DNA of 64,000 nt from Candidatus Thorarchaeota archaeon (GTDB taxonomy: Archaea; Asgardarchaeota; Thorarchaeia; Thorarchaeales; Thorarchaeaceae): positions 64,001 through 128,000 of the forward strand of contig RDOC01000001.1 of the NCBI GenBank assembly GCA_011364985.1, read 5' to 3'. The notes below the pieces were generated by a model. That model was given only the letters and a program-made list of their open reading frames with translations. It was not told the DNA's origin and did no database searches. A program made the translations under genes and the position numbers. Positions within the stretch are counted from its first letter, which is position 1. Every line of letters starts with the position of its first letter. Positions 40,873-50,462 of this stretch are shown in pieces.

Positions 40873-41257
40873 AAACCTTGGCCAATGAAGGGGCTTCGAC
40901 ATGCATTTCAAACTCGTTGAATTGTCCAAAAGGAACAATGTGAACCTTGAATCCTCGGTCCTGAAGCCGCTTTGCAGTTTCCACAATGATGCTCTTGGCA
41001 AATGAAGACCTCGACTTGCTATCGCTCAAGTGTGCGAATGAATGAAGAACCACTGAGTCTACATTGACTTTGTCGCAAAGCCAACGAATGTTCTTGACCA
41101 TTTTTCGAAGAACACCTGAACGGTCATCTTGGTCATGACGCTCCGATTGAATCCAGACAAGGAGCGATTCTCCAAGAGTCTCCTTTGCAGATTCCTTGGA
41201 TTCGTCCTCTTCAGCGATATACCAGAAATGACTTACATGAAACATTAGTATCTTCAT
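40859..41257 (-). CDS. Stand-alone archaeal-type threonyl-tRNA synthetase editing domain protein
   Basis: MKILMFH...F.Y, VVLHSFAHLS, PFG.F..F.M.V...LA..FK. Confidence 0.88.
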   Translation of the reverse strand: MKILMFHVSHFWYIAEEDESKESAKETLGESLLVWIQSERHDQDDRSGVLRKMVKNIRWLCDKVNVDSVVLHSFAHLSDSKSRSSFAKSIIVETAKRLQDRGFKVHIVPFGQFNEFEMHVEAPSLAKVFKSF

Positions 41258-41308
41258 TCTATGGATAGACTCCTACTTCGCTTGAGATAAGTCTCATGCC
41301 TTTGTAAA

Positions 41309-42181
41309 TCAATTTGCAAATGAATTCTCGTCATTCGTGATTTGCTTGTCAAACGATGGTTCATTGGGAAGATTGTCAGACATCGGGCCAGGAACTTCAG
41401 GAGCAGAATCGGTCATCCTGCGAGGTATGGCCTTTCCATGTACCCAAATGGTATTGTCAGGAATGACCTTGTCTTTAGGTACAACGGTGTTCGCTCCAAT
41501 AATGACATTGTTACCAATGTCTGCCCCAGCAAGAATGACTGCGTTCGCACCTACAGTGACATTGTTACCTATTCGTACTGTGTTGATATACAGGCGATCA
41601 TCCTCGTAGACATGACCGCTTATTACAGCATCATATCCGAAGAAGCAGTTGTCCCCGATTACTGTTCGTTCCGGATTAAACAGGCGCCCATTTCCCACAA
41701 CAGTGTTGTAACCAATCTTTGCACCAAACCAAATATGTCTGGGCTTGACATCGAAGAAAACTGAAAAGAACCAAGCGAAATACGGAAAGACAATATAGTA
41801 GACTTCGTAGAACTCATACAGGAGCCACACCTCAGATTTCAACGAGTAGTAACCGTCTTCAAGGAAAGGAATCAGTCTGCGGGAGAGCCTGAAAGTGATT
41901 GCAAGAAGGGCTAGAAAGATGCCATAACAAACAAAGACAAGCGTGGGGAGAAACACTATGAACCAGAATCGCTCAAAGAGCACTATTGGAAAATAACCGC
42001 CAAGAAGGGCCTGAACGAGAGCTTTGATGTTCACAAAGGGCCAACCGATACCATCGATGAATGCATCAGTCTTGTCATAGGCGTCAACAACCAAGAAGAC
42101 TGTTGGAATTGCAGATATTGTGATGCTGACAAGTATTGAAATGGCCAAGTAGACGCCATAAACAATCGACCTGAGTTTCAT
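41309..42181 (-). CDS. Membrane-associated hexapeptide-repeat (LbH) acyltransferase
   Basis: N-terminal TMs; FGAKIG, IGDNCFFG, IGNNVTVGANAVILAG repeats. Confidence 0.85.
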   Translation of the reverse strand: MKLRSIVYGVYLAISILVSITISAIPTVFLVVDAYDKTDAFIDGIGWPFVNIKALVQALLGGYFPIVLFERFWFIVFLPTLVFVCYGIFLALLAITFRLSRRLIPFLEDGYYSLKSEVWLLYEFYEVYYIVFPYFAWFFSVFFDVKPRHIWFGAKIGYNTVVGNGRLFNPERTVIGDNCFFGYDAVISGHVYEDDRLYINTVRIGNNVTVGANAVILAGADIGNNVIIGANTVVPKDKVIPDNTIWVHGKAIPRRMTDSAPEVPGPMSDNLPNEPSFDKQITNDENSFAN

Positions 42182-42338
42182 CCTAGTACCTTCTCATAAA
42201 TGAATTGCTTTGATTATATAGGATACCTATTTTAACCATAGCAATATAGCCATTAGAATTAGATTACGTTAGAGAAATAAATATAGACGGAACAAAAGGC
42301 ATGCAACCAATCAAAATGCCCCCTTGGAAGTCGTAAGA

Positions 42339-43568
42339 ATGGCACATGACCTCTTGATTGTTGGAACTGGCCCTGCCGGACTCATGACCGCAGAAAGAGC
42401 AGCTGAATATGGTCTGAATACACTTGTCCTTGAAAGAAGAAAGGCTGTGACAGACTCCCTAATGGGAGAACTAGTAACCATGAACGCACTTAAACTACTA
42501 AGAGTGAAACCAGGATCGGAGTACATTGGCAACAAGTACAAGGCAATCGTGGGAGAGAGTCTTGATACAGGAGCCAAAATCTCTGTGGGAGAGGGGCTCT
42601 TGGGCGACTCGTTTATTCTAGACGAGGACCGATGTCAAGAACTGATGAGAAACCGTGCTGAGGCGAATGGGACTGAATTTCGATACAAATCCAAGGTCGC
42701 CTCTGTCATCAAAGAGAGAGCGCAAGTGGTCGGTGTGAGGTACAACGGGGCAGATCAAGCCAGGGCCAATCTCACCGTGGGTGCAGATGGCTCATTTAGT
42801 CGGGTTTCTGAGACCGCTGGATTCACACATCCGAAGTGGCTTCTGTCATACGGTATTAGATGGAAGCTTGAGAACTGCAAGGGAGTAGATGCAGACACAG
42901 CATACTTCTATGTGGGCAAAGACATTGGATTAGGCTATCTATGGCTTTATCCACGCAGCGAATCAGAGGTCAACCTAGGAATCGGAAGGGTCCCATCCTC
43001 AAAGAAGAACTGGGAGAACCTGCCTTCACTTATCGATGTTCTTAAGAAATATAAAAAGATTCTACCTGGCTTGAGAAATTCGAAAATCGCCGCGCAAAAT
43101 GGAGGTGCGGTGCCTTGTGCAGGGCTAATTCCCAAATTCGCTGACGCAGGAGTTGCACTCGTAGGCAATGCTGCGGGACAAGTTTCCTCAATTGTGGGCG
43201 GAGGAGTGACAACCTGTTTCCATGCTGGCACCGTCCTAGCAAGGCATGCCAAGCGAGCCGTTGAAGAGAATGATTTCTCTAAGAACAGTTTGATGAAGTA
43301 TGAGAGGGAATACCGTCGCTCGAAATTGGCATGGAGTATTCAAAACACAGGAAAGGGCTTTTGGGCCATCTCAAAATACGCTAGATTCAACGATCCTATA
43401 AAAGCAGCTGAAACTGTACTGAGCCAACTAGATGCCAAAACTTTGAATGCACTTGTACAAGGTCAAGCAGGTGTTTCTGACATCATGACACTACTGAGGG
43501 ATTTTATGCCGATAGTATTGACAATTGGTAAGGGATACCTCAAGTCAATTGCTGTTAGTGGATTCTAA
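42339..43568 (+). CDS. Geranylgeranyl reductase family FAD oxidoreductase
   Basis: GTGPAG, VGADG..S, GYLWLYP, VGNAAGQV...GGG. Confidence 0.9.
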   Translation: MAHDLLIVGTGPAGLMTAERAAEYGLNTLVLERRKAVTDSLMGELVTMNALKLLRVKPGSEYIGNKYKAIVGESLDTGAKISVGEGLLGDSFILDEDRCQELMRNRAEANGTEFRYKSKVASVIKERAQVVGVRYNGADQARANLTVGADGSFSRVSETAGFTHPKWLLSYGIRWKLENCKGVDADTAYFYVGKDIGLGYLWLYPRSESEVNLGIGRVPSSKKNWENLPSLIDVLKKYKKILPGLRNSKIAAQNGGAVPCAGLIPKFADAGVALVGNAAGQVSSIVGGGVTTCFHAGTVLARHAKRAVEENDFSKNSLMKYEREYRRSKLAWSIQNTGKGFWAISKYARFNDPIKAAETVLSQLDAKTLNALVQGQAGVSDIMTLLRDFMPIVLTIGKGYLKSIAVSGF

Positions 43569-43574
43569 GAAATA

Positions 43575-43735
43575 GTGGCCAAAGCAGGGTCAACCCCCCC
43601 GCACCCTGCTTCGCCACGGCGATCTCCACTGCTGCCCTGTAACATGCCCAAGTGGATAGTTATCTACCCACTTGGAGTTCCTGCGTTTGCCTTTGTAGGG
43701 AAAGGAGATTTCCCAGCCATGAAAAGCATGGCTTG
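43575..43735 (-). ncRNA. Putative ~160-nt highly structured non-coding RNA
   Basis: Four hairpins (43715-33, 43698-714, 43648-75, 43575-617); G.U pairs favour the minus strand; TATA-like TTTATAAA lies about 25 nt upstream on minus. Confidence 0.5.
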
Positions 43736-43742
43736 TAAGACA

Positions 43743-43764
43743 TTATATAAGTTCCTTTTATAAA
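43743..43764. promoter_or_regulatory. Two adjacent TATA-like boxes, a candidate divergent promoter
   Basis: TTATATAA (43743-50) is spaced for a leaderless start at ATG 43772; TTTTATAAA (43756-64) is spaced for a minus-strand start near 43735. Confidence 0.5.
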
Positions 43765-43771
43765 CAGAACT

Positions 43772-44890
43772 ATGTCCACAAGTTGGCCATTTAGCTGGGA
43801 ATTTGATAAATTTCGACACTTAGCAGAGGGAAATGACGTGAAATATGAAAACGATGTGATAAAGGCCCTGCAAACGCTGCAACTTGTTACGGAAGAAGGG
43901 AAGGAATCACGGGATATGCTCATTTTAGAAACCATATTAAGAATGCAGAAGGAACCACCAGTTCATTTTTCCTTCTCTGAAATATTCAGTGCGCTTAAAG
44001 TGCATCACCCCTCTGCCAAGCTGAAGAAACCTGCCGTTCATAAGTCACTGCAGTGGCTGCTCGAGAACCAGCTTGTGCGGCTTGAAAGCTCAATAAAGTA
44101 TCGCAAGAAGTACCTTGCTGACGCCAATACGCTGATGGCAGGACTCGAGAATCTCAAGATGCGTCTGAGCAAGGAGCTTCAAACCAAGAAAAGGCAAACG
44201 GAGAAAGCTCTGAAGTTGGTCGAATCGTGCAATTGCTCTGAGCTTTCGCAGAGAATAATGACAGCGATCACTGGGAGGAGAGCATCCCCGAACTCACGAT
44301 TCATGAGAGGAATGGAGGAGTTTGAGAGAGTCACAGACTCTACAATTTATGATAGAGCAACAGAAGGAGATGTAATAAGAAACTCTCTGCTTTGGATAGG
44401 TCCATTCACTGAAGGGGCCACTGAACGCTTCGGAAGAGTTGTAGAAGCGGCAAAAAAAGGAGCAGAAGTCAGATATGCTTCTCATCCTGATCTCCTATTG
44501 CAAAGTGATAAACTGAAGAAGGACGTTTCTTCCGATTGGATTCAACATACCCTTGCAGATTTCATTGCAGTTAGGGCGGAGGGAAAGCTCATTGATTTGC
44601 GAATTATCGATGTAGACAAGAAAGGATACCAATTTGCAGCTCTGAACAACGAAGTCATGGCGTTCTTCATTTCAGAGGACCCCATCACAGCGGCATGGGT
44701 CACGCGGGAATTCAATCCAGACCTAATTGACAATGCAATTGCTGACTTTGATAAACGCTGGGAACAAGGAATCTCGATTTTTGAGATTACAGAAGAGAAA
44801 TTGAGATCAATGCGTATTAATCCGAAGGGACATCTTCAAGCTGTGGTGTTGAAAGGTCTGAAGAAGAGAAAGAGTGGAGAGGGAGAATGA
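43772..44890 (+). CDS. TrmB-like regulator paralogue 1 (wHTH + coiled coil + PLD-like effector domain)
   Basis: wHTH VHKSLQWLLENQLVRLE; coiled coil; AAKKGAEVRY; C-terminal NPDLIDNAIADFDKRWE. Confidence 0.72.
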   Translation: MSTSWPFSWEFDKFRHLAEGNDVKYENDVIKALQTLQLVTEEGKESRDMLILETILRMQKEPPVHFSFSEIFSALKVHHPSAKLKKPAVHKSLQWLLENQLVRLESSIKYRKKYLADANTLMAGLENLKMRLSKELQTKKRQTEKALKLVESCNCSELSQRIMTAITGRRASPNSRFMRGMEEFERVTDSTIYDRATEGDVIRNSLLWIGPFTEGATERFGRVVEAAKKGAEVRYASHPDLLLQSDKLKKDVSSDWIQHTLADFIAVRAEGKLIDLRIIDVDKKGYQFAALNNEVMAFFISEDPITAAWVTREFNPDLIDNAIADFDKRWEQGISIFEITEEKLRSMRINPKGHLQAVVLKGLKKRKSGEGE

Positions 44891-45801
44891 CGTATCAATC
44901 GCTTGAAGAGATACTGGAGCTTCTCGGGATGGACGTAGCCTCAAAACCAGTTGACATTTTGAGAGCTCTTCTTAATGCCCAGTCTGAATTGGGTGTCTTT
45001 CTAGAATTCTCTGATATAAGAACCGAGTTAGAGTCACTAGTTGACGGAAAAAGCTTAGACCGTTCTTTGGTTCATCGTCAGCTCAAGTCATTAATAGAAG
45101 AAGGCTATGTTCGTGTTGATAATAGTGGATATCGGCATAGATACATGACGAACATTAGCACACTGGCCAACGTTCTTGAGAAGAAGATCTCTGAATATCG
45201 TATCTTCTTGAAAGAGGAGATCGACAGAATCGATAAGGATTTGTATCTTCTCGACCAGACAGACGCATCGGACCTTGGGAAATCGCTCATCGAGTTGATG
45301 AGTGGAATGAAGTCGGAAGAACGCCCTCATTTTGCATCAGGACTTGATGGATTACTCCGACTTGTTAAAGGAGAGGTTCAATCTAAGGCAAGAAGAGGGG
45401 AGACTATCAAGGCAACTGCTGACTGGCTAAACACTGAGGCAGATCTTAAACCAGAACAGGTTGCCTGGATTTCTGACCTCGCTACCCGGGGCGTGAAGAT
45501 GAAAGTATTAGGGCAGTTCAGATCAGCAAAAGAAGCCCAGAAGAGAGTGAGGAAGCTGTATGATATAATGCAAATTCTAGGACTTGATATAGAATACAGA
45601 ATTCGCCCTTTGAAGAAGGCGACATATCAATTCGTTGGCTTCAAGAGAATAGGGATTGTACTTGTTGTATCAGAGAACCCTCTCGCATCAACTTGGATTC
45701 CGAAGCAGAGCAATCCTCTGCTTATTAACCATGCCATCGAAACCTTTGACAGGGACTTCGAAGCTGCCGAGCCAATAATCTTTGATGACTATCATGTATA
45801 G
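44887..45801 (+). CDS. TrmB-like regulator paralogue 2
   Basis: VHRQLKSLIEEGYVRVD, LATRGVKMKVL, NPLLINHAIETFDRDFE; ATGA overlap with paralogue 1. Confidence 0.72.
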   Translation: MTYQSLEEILELLGMDVASKPVDILRALLNAQSELGVFLEFSDIRTELESLVDGKSLDRSLVHRQLKSLIEEGYVRVDNSGYRHRYMTNISTLANVLEKKISEYRIFLKEEIDRIDKDLYLLDQTDASDLGKSLIELMSGMKSEERPHFASGLDGLLRLVKGEVQSKARRGETIKATADWLNTEADLKPEQVAWISDLATRGVKMKVLGQFRSAKEAQKRVRKLYDIMQILGLDIEYRIRPLKKATYQFVGFKRIGIVLVVSENPLASTWIPKQSNPLLINHAIETFDRDFEAAEPIIFDDYHV

Positions 45802-45811
45802 GTGGGAGAAG

Positions 45812-46774
45812 ATGAGAATCCAAGAAAAAATGGAGACGCTCAGACGAGTAGGCATCAATCTCCTTGATTTTGAGATTGAATTGATTGGGTGTCTGTATCA
45901 GATTGGGGAAGGCTTCTCCAGCTGGGCCACTGCGACAGAGATTTGGCAACAGCTAACAAGCAGATCTGCAAAACCAAAGCAGATCTCTAAAGCATGGGTA
46001 TATCGAGGGCTCAGCGAACTCGTAGAAAGAGGATTCATTCAGGTGGACCGAATAAATCGACCAATCAAGTTCATGATGACATCGGACACCCTAGTACAAG
46101 GAATTGAGCGAAAGAAGTCTGAGAAGAAGGAAGAGCTACTTGAAATGAGAAGAGTGCTTTCGAAGAGAGTCGATTCATTTGCTAGGATTGACGCTAAAGA
46201 ATTGGCCACAGACCTGATGAATTACCTGAAAGGAGAAGGGATGGCCGCAAAATCGGGAGTCATTGAAGGCATTGATAATGTTAGGGCTGTAATAGATCAA
46301 GAAATCGTTGGCAGAGCCCAAGCGGGAGACAAGATTTGGATAATCAATCCGATCTCTATACTGCAATTCGCTCAAATGAATAGCCCTACATATCGCAAGA
46401 TCTTTGAGGCTACAGATCGCGACGTCAATATCAGAGGCTTGCTAATTCTCACAGGAGAGGAAGAAACAACGAACCTCCCAAGAATAGACGTGCATATGAC
46501 GAACACCATGAAGTTGTTTTTAGAGAGCATGCAACAAATGAGTATTGAGATTAGAGTCCTCCCTTCACAGGTCCGAACCTATAGAATGCTAGGTTTGAAC
46601 AAGGAACGAATAATGCTGTACCTAAGTGATGTGGCTCAAGCTGACATTGCAGCGCTTATTCGTTACGAAGACAATCCATCCTTCGTGGAGGACGCAGCCA
46701 GTTCCTTCGAAAGACTATGGGAACAGGGGCAGAACTTTCTTGCCCGCATGACGGAATTAGTTTCGGAATCATGA
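45812..46774 (+). CDS. TrmB-like regulator paralogue 3
   Basis: LRRVGINL..FEI, VYRGLSELVERGFIQVD...RPIKF, ATDRDVNIRGL, NPSFVEDAASSFERLWE. Confidence 0.78.
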   Translation: MRIQEKMETLRRVGINLLDFEIELIGCLYQIGEGFSSWATATEIWQQLTSRSAKPKQISKAWVYRGLSELVERGFIQVDRINRPIKFMMTSDTLVQGIERKKSEKKEELLEMRRVLSKRVDSFARIDAKELATDLMNYLKGEGMAAKSGVIEGIDNVRAVIDQEIVGRAQAGDKIWIINPISILQFAQMNSPTYRKIFEATDRDVNIRGLLILTGEEETTNLPRIDVHMTNTMKLFLESMQQMSIEIRVLPSQVRTYRMLGLNKERIMLYLSDVAQADIAALIRYEDNPSFVEDAASSFERLWEQGQNFLARMTELVSES

Positions 46775-46791
46775 GTAGATGTCAGAAATCC

Positions 46792-47856
46792 TTAGTTTAC
46801 AATCCAGTCCTGGCTCTTTGAGAGCATCAGAAAGATGTCATCGCATGCCGCTTCAAAGTCATCATATAGACCGTATTCTCCTCCAGCAGCATATACATGT
46901 CCCCCTCCACTGAAAAGCTTGGCTGCAGCATCACAAAGGATAGAATTACTGCCGCGCCTGATTCCTAGTAGTCCGCCTTGGCTAATAGTTATCAGAAGGT
47001 CTGCGACCTCCAGATTCTGGCCTTGAATCTGCAAGTTCTCAGCATCAGTCAAATAGGTGCCAATATCAGTAGTTGTAACGCCACTTGGAATTTCTACAAC
47101 ACGAACAAGTTTTCCATGAATCCTCTGATCACAATGTCCAGACAGTGCCTTCCTCATGCGCTTAAGACGCTCCTTGCGATATTGATGGACTTGTCTGTCC
47201 AGAAGTTCGTTTCTGAATCGCTTCGTAGAATCATTCCAGACTCCAGCAATACCATCCTCTGCCAGACTCTTGAGAAGAGGAAGAAGGGCTTCAGTGACAT
47301 CTTCCTTTCTTGCAATGGAGTTGAATCTGCTGATGGACACTGCATCAGTCAAAGCAATAGCGGCATCTATCTGTCGCAGATTGAAGTCGGTGTCATGGGC
47401 AATTGAGGCAAGTTCCTCACATATCTTGTCCCTTGGCATGAGAACCTTGTAGGCGATCTCCGCCGCGCAATAGTTGTGATTGATTCTCAGAATCGGTTTG
47501 TTTCCGAGAGACAAGATGGACTTGACAGCTCGAGGAGACCATTGATGATGGTCAAGCCAGACCACACGGCAGCCTTGCTGAATTGCACGTGATAATCCAG
47601 TTTGGGCCAATTCCACGGTAGTTTCGTCCATGCCCAAATCAGTAATAACGATCAGGGTATTTCGCCTTGATGATACGCTTGAAAACACCTGTTCGAACGA
47701 ACCATAATCAGTGAGCTCAACGTCGTATTCAAGGGTCTTTGATTTGGCATATCTCCATACAATCGCTGATGAAGCTATGCCATCAACGTCTTTGTCATGG
47801 GAAATCGAGAGCAAGGATGCTATTCTGTCCTTGGTGCTCTTTGGCTCAGAGGTCAT
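46792..47856 (-). CDS. DHH family phosphoesterase (DHHA1)
   Basis: SHDKDVDG, ITDLG, WLDHH and GGGHVYAAGG. Confidence 0.9.
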   Translation of the reverse strand: MTSEPKSTKDRIASLLSISHDKDVDGIASSAIVWRYAKSKTLEYDVELTDYGSFEQVFSSVSSRRNTLIVITDLGMDETTVELAQTGLSRAIQQGCRVVWLDHHQWSPRAVKSILSLGNKPILRINHNYCAAEIAYKVLMPRDKICEELASIAHDTDFNLRQIDAAIALTDAVSISRFNSIARKEDVTEALLPLLKSLAEDGIAGVWNDSTKRFRNELLDRQVHQYRKERLKRMRKALSGHCDQRIHGKLVRVVEIPSGVTTTDIGTYLTDAENLQIQGQNLEVADLLITISQGGLLGIRRGSNSILCDAAAKLFSGGGHVYAAGGEYGLYDDFEAACDDIFLMLSKSQDWIVN

Positions 47857-47967
47857 AGCGCATTCGTACTTTAACCCAAAAGAACCCTTTTTTTTCTTTC
47901 TTTGCTGCACCAAGAAAAACATGCATGTCGGAAGTGTTTTCTGATGCAATTACATCGGTGATGTGGA

Positions 47968-49860
47968 ATGATGATAATGGAATCCAGTTCCGGGTCCAAG
48001 GTTCTAATGAGTGGGAACGAGGCAATAGCCCGTGGAGCACTTGAAGCGGGGATTTGTTTTTGCGCGTCCTATCCTGGTACTCCCTCAACGGAGATTGCTG
48101 CTGCTTTGATGAAGTCCTCACAGAACCATGATATCTATGTGGAGTGGAGTGTGAACGAAAAGGTTGCACTTGAGGCCTGTGTGGCAGCAAGCTGGGCAGG
48201 AATTCCCGCCTTATGTTCAATGAAATCATTGGGTTTGAATGTAGCAGCAGACTTTCTTTTGAATGTTAATCTCTCAGGAACAGGTGCCGGAGGTGTTGTA
48301 CTTGTTGTTTGTGATGATCCAAGAGGGCACAGCTCCAGTAACGAGCAGGACTCAAGATTCTACGCCAAGGCGGCCTATCTGCCACTTCTGGAGCCAAGTA
48401 CATGCCAACAAGCTAAGGATGTCATCTCAATAGCTCTTGCCCTCTCACAGAAGCATAGGATCCCGGTAATCGTCAGAAGCACAACCCGATTAAGCCATTC
48501 TCGCTCAGTGGTTAAACTCAGAGAGATTGCCTCAGCCACATGTACTACATCAGAAGAACTGGCTAATGCGCCATATAATGTACCAAATCCGCATCTGAAA
48601 CACCAAGAGCTTGGGATGAAACTCAAGGAGATAGCACAAGATTTCGAGAAGTCCAAACTCAATTCTGTTTCAGGAGGAGAAAATACAGACACACTCATTA
48701 TTGCGAGTGGTGTTGCTTTTCGTTATACTAAGGAAGCTGTTGACCTTCTCAACATTCCTTCTGTACAGATAGTTAATCTACTCACATCACATCCCCTTCC
48801 TCAGAAGGATGTAGTAGACTGGATTAAGAATCGGCAGAAGGTGTTATTTGTTGAGGAAGTTGATCCTTTCATTGAGGATGGGGTGTTGGCTATCGCCGCC
48901 GAGCTACACTTGGACGAAATACCGACATTCTCAGGAAAGAGAAATGGTGTAGTTCCGTTCTTCGGAGAACTTGACACAAATACTGTCATGGATGCGTTGC
49001 GGTCCATTCAGGGAATTCCCCAGAAACATCAGGACGAACAGGATCTGAACACACTCAAATTGGCAAGACAGATGCTGATTCCAAGACGTTTGACCTTTTG
49101 TGCTGGGTGCACTCACCGGAATGTATACTGGGCTCTTGGGAGAGTGAAGAGGCGAATCAAAGAAGGATTGATTGTCACAGGGGATATCGGTTGCTATTCC
49201 TTGGGTGTGTTTTACAACGAGGCGATGAACACAATGCAGGCAATGGGCTCAGGAATTGGTACAGCCAGCGGTCTAGGGCAACTAGAACGGTTCGGTCTGA
49301 AGCAGAAGGTGGTGACGGTTGCCGGAGACTCGACTTTTTTCCATGCTTGCTTGCCAGGGCTCGTAAATGCCAAACACAAGAACGCAAACATGACATTTCT
49401 GATTCTTGATAACTCAACGACTGCAATGACGGGATTCCAACCTAATCCTGGCACTTCCAAGCAAAGGCTAGGTAACACTGTTGTCAGCATAGAAAGCATC
49501 GTAAGAGCAATTGAACCGTCGCATTTTGAAATCATAAATGCAGTAGATATTGACGCTATGATTGAAACGATTCACAAGGCAGTAGAGATAGATGGTCTGA
49601 AAGTCATTCTAGTCAACAGCGTCTGCAGACTAGAGGAGCAACGGCTAGGGAAAACCCATGAGGAGTTTTCACGTGTTGTCGTTGATATCAACTTGTGCAA
49701 GGGAGAGAACTGCAGAATATGCACCGACCAATTTTCCTGTCTGGCAATAGGATGGAATGAGAACCTCAAGAAGGCGGAGGTCATTGAGAACTTGTGCATT
49801 CGTTGCGGTGCCTGTATCCCAGTGTGTCCACATGACGCAATTAAGGGGGCAGAACCATGA
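47968..49860 (+). CDS. iorA: Indolepyruvate:ferredoxin oxidoreductase alpha subunit
   Basis: MSGNEAIARGALE, YPGTPSTEI, NEKVALE, SSSNEQDSR, CAGC.H, GDIGCYSLG, GDSTFFH, C-terminal ferredoxin. Confidence 0.95.
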   Translation: MMIMESSSGSKVLMSGNEAIARGALEAGICFCASYPGTPSTEIAAALMKSSQNHDIYVEWSVNEKVALEACVAASWAGIPALCSMKSLGLNVAADFLLNVNLSGTGAGGVVLVVCDDPRGHSSSNEQDSRFYAKAAYLPLLEPSTCQQAKDVISIALALSQKHRIPVIVRSTTRLSHSRSVVKLREIASATCTTSEELANAPYNVPNPHLKHQELGMKLKEIAQDFEKSKLNSVSGGENTDTLIIASGVAFRYTKEAVDLLNIPSVQIVNLLTSHPLPQKDVVDWIKNRQKVLFVEEVDPFIEDGVLAIAAELHLDEIPTFSGKRNGVVPFFGELDTNTVMDALRSIQGIPQKHQDEQDLNTLKLARQMLIPRRLTFCAGCTHRNVYWALGRVKRRIKEGLIVTGDIGCYSLGVFYNEAMNTMQAMGSGIGTASGLGQLERFGLKQKVVTVAGDSTFFHACLPGLVNAKHKNANMTFLILDNSTTAMTGFQPNPGTSKQRLGNTVVSIESIVRAIEPSHFEIINAVDIDAMIETIHKAVEIDGLKVILVNSVCRLEEQRLGKTHEEFSRVVVDINLCKGENCRICTDQFSCLAIGWNENLKKAEVIENLCIRCGACIPVCPHDAIKGAEP

Positions 49861-50462
49861 AGAACCAGTACAATATTCTAATCGCTGGAGTGGGAGGACA
49901 GGGAAACCTAGTGTGTGGGTGTGTCCTAGCAGAGGCGGCCCTTCAGCAAGGGCTCACTCCCACCACTGGAGAAACTTTCGGAGCCTCTCGGCGTGGTGGC
50001 ACAGTCCTGACACATCTGCGTCTAGACGCGGATGATTTGGGACCCCTAATCCCGCGAGAACAACTTGACCTGTTGCTGGGACTAGAACCGCTAGAGTCCC
50101 TTAGAGCTGCAGTTGATCTAGCCACATCACGTACCACAGCAATAATCAGCATGACCAAGATTGAAACCCCAGAGTCAATTGCAGGCAAAGTGAAGTATCC
50201 AGAGATTACAGAGATTAAGAGATCTCTTCGAGCCATTTGCGGAAAGGTCTATTCTCTCGATCCCGGCCGAATCTTTGCTGAGACAGGCACAAGACGTGCA
50301 CTGAATGCATACATGCTTGGTGCGATGGTCACCAGTGGAGTGACCTCGCTCACTGAGGAGCACATCCTAAGGGCGATTCAAACGACCTTGAAAGAATGGG
50401 ATCTCAATCGTGTTGCTTTTGAGGCCGGTAAGAAGGACTTCAGGAGCTTGGTAGACCTCTAA
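49857..50462 (+). CDS. iorB: Indolepyruvate:ferredoxin oxidoreductase beta subunit
   Basis: IAGVGGQG, ETFGASRRGG.V..HLR, LEPLE; ATGA overlap with iorA. Confidence 0.93.
   Translation: MKNQYNILIAGVGGQGNLVCGCVLAEAALQQGLTPTTGETFGASRRGGTVLTHLRLDADDLGPLIPREQLDLLLGLEPLESLRAAVDLATSRTTAIISMTKIETPESIAGKVKYPEITEIKRSLRAICGKVYSLDPGRIFAETGTRRALNAYMLGAMVTSGVTSLTEEHILRAIQTTLKEWDLNRVAFEAGKKDFRSLVDL

Noticed and set aside
43575-43735. Known RNA families: c-di-GMP-I (AAAGGCAAAC), cobalamin riboswitch (CTGTAAC...GGGAAAGG...AGCCA), SRP Alu (CCCTGTAAC), 16S-like GGCAGCAGTGG
   Set aside because: Only isolated words match. The other required motifs (GEMM second stem, B12 box, SRP helix 8, rRNA context) are missing and the length does not fit.
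43575-43763. 62-aa plus-strand ORF and 91-aa minus-strand ORF over the structured element
   Set aside because: No recognisable protein features; the sequence is better explained by RNA hairpins.
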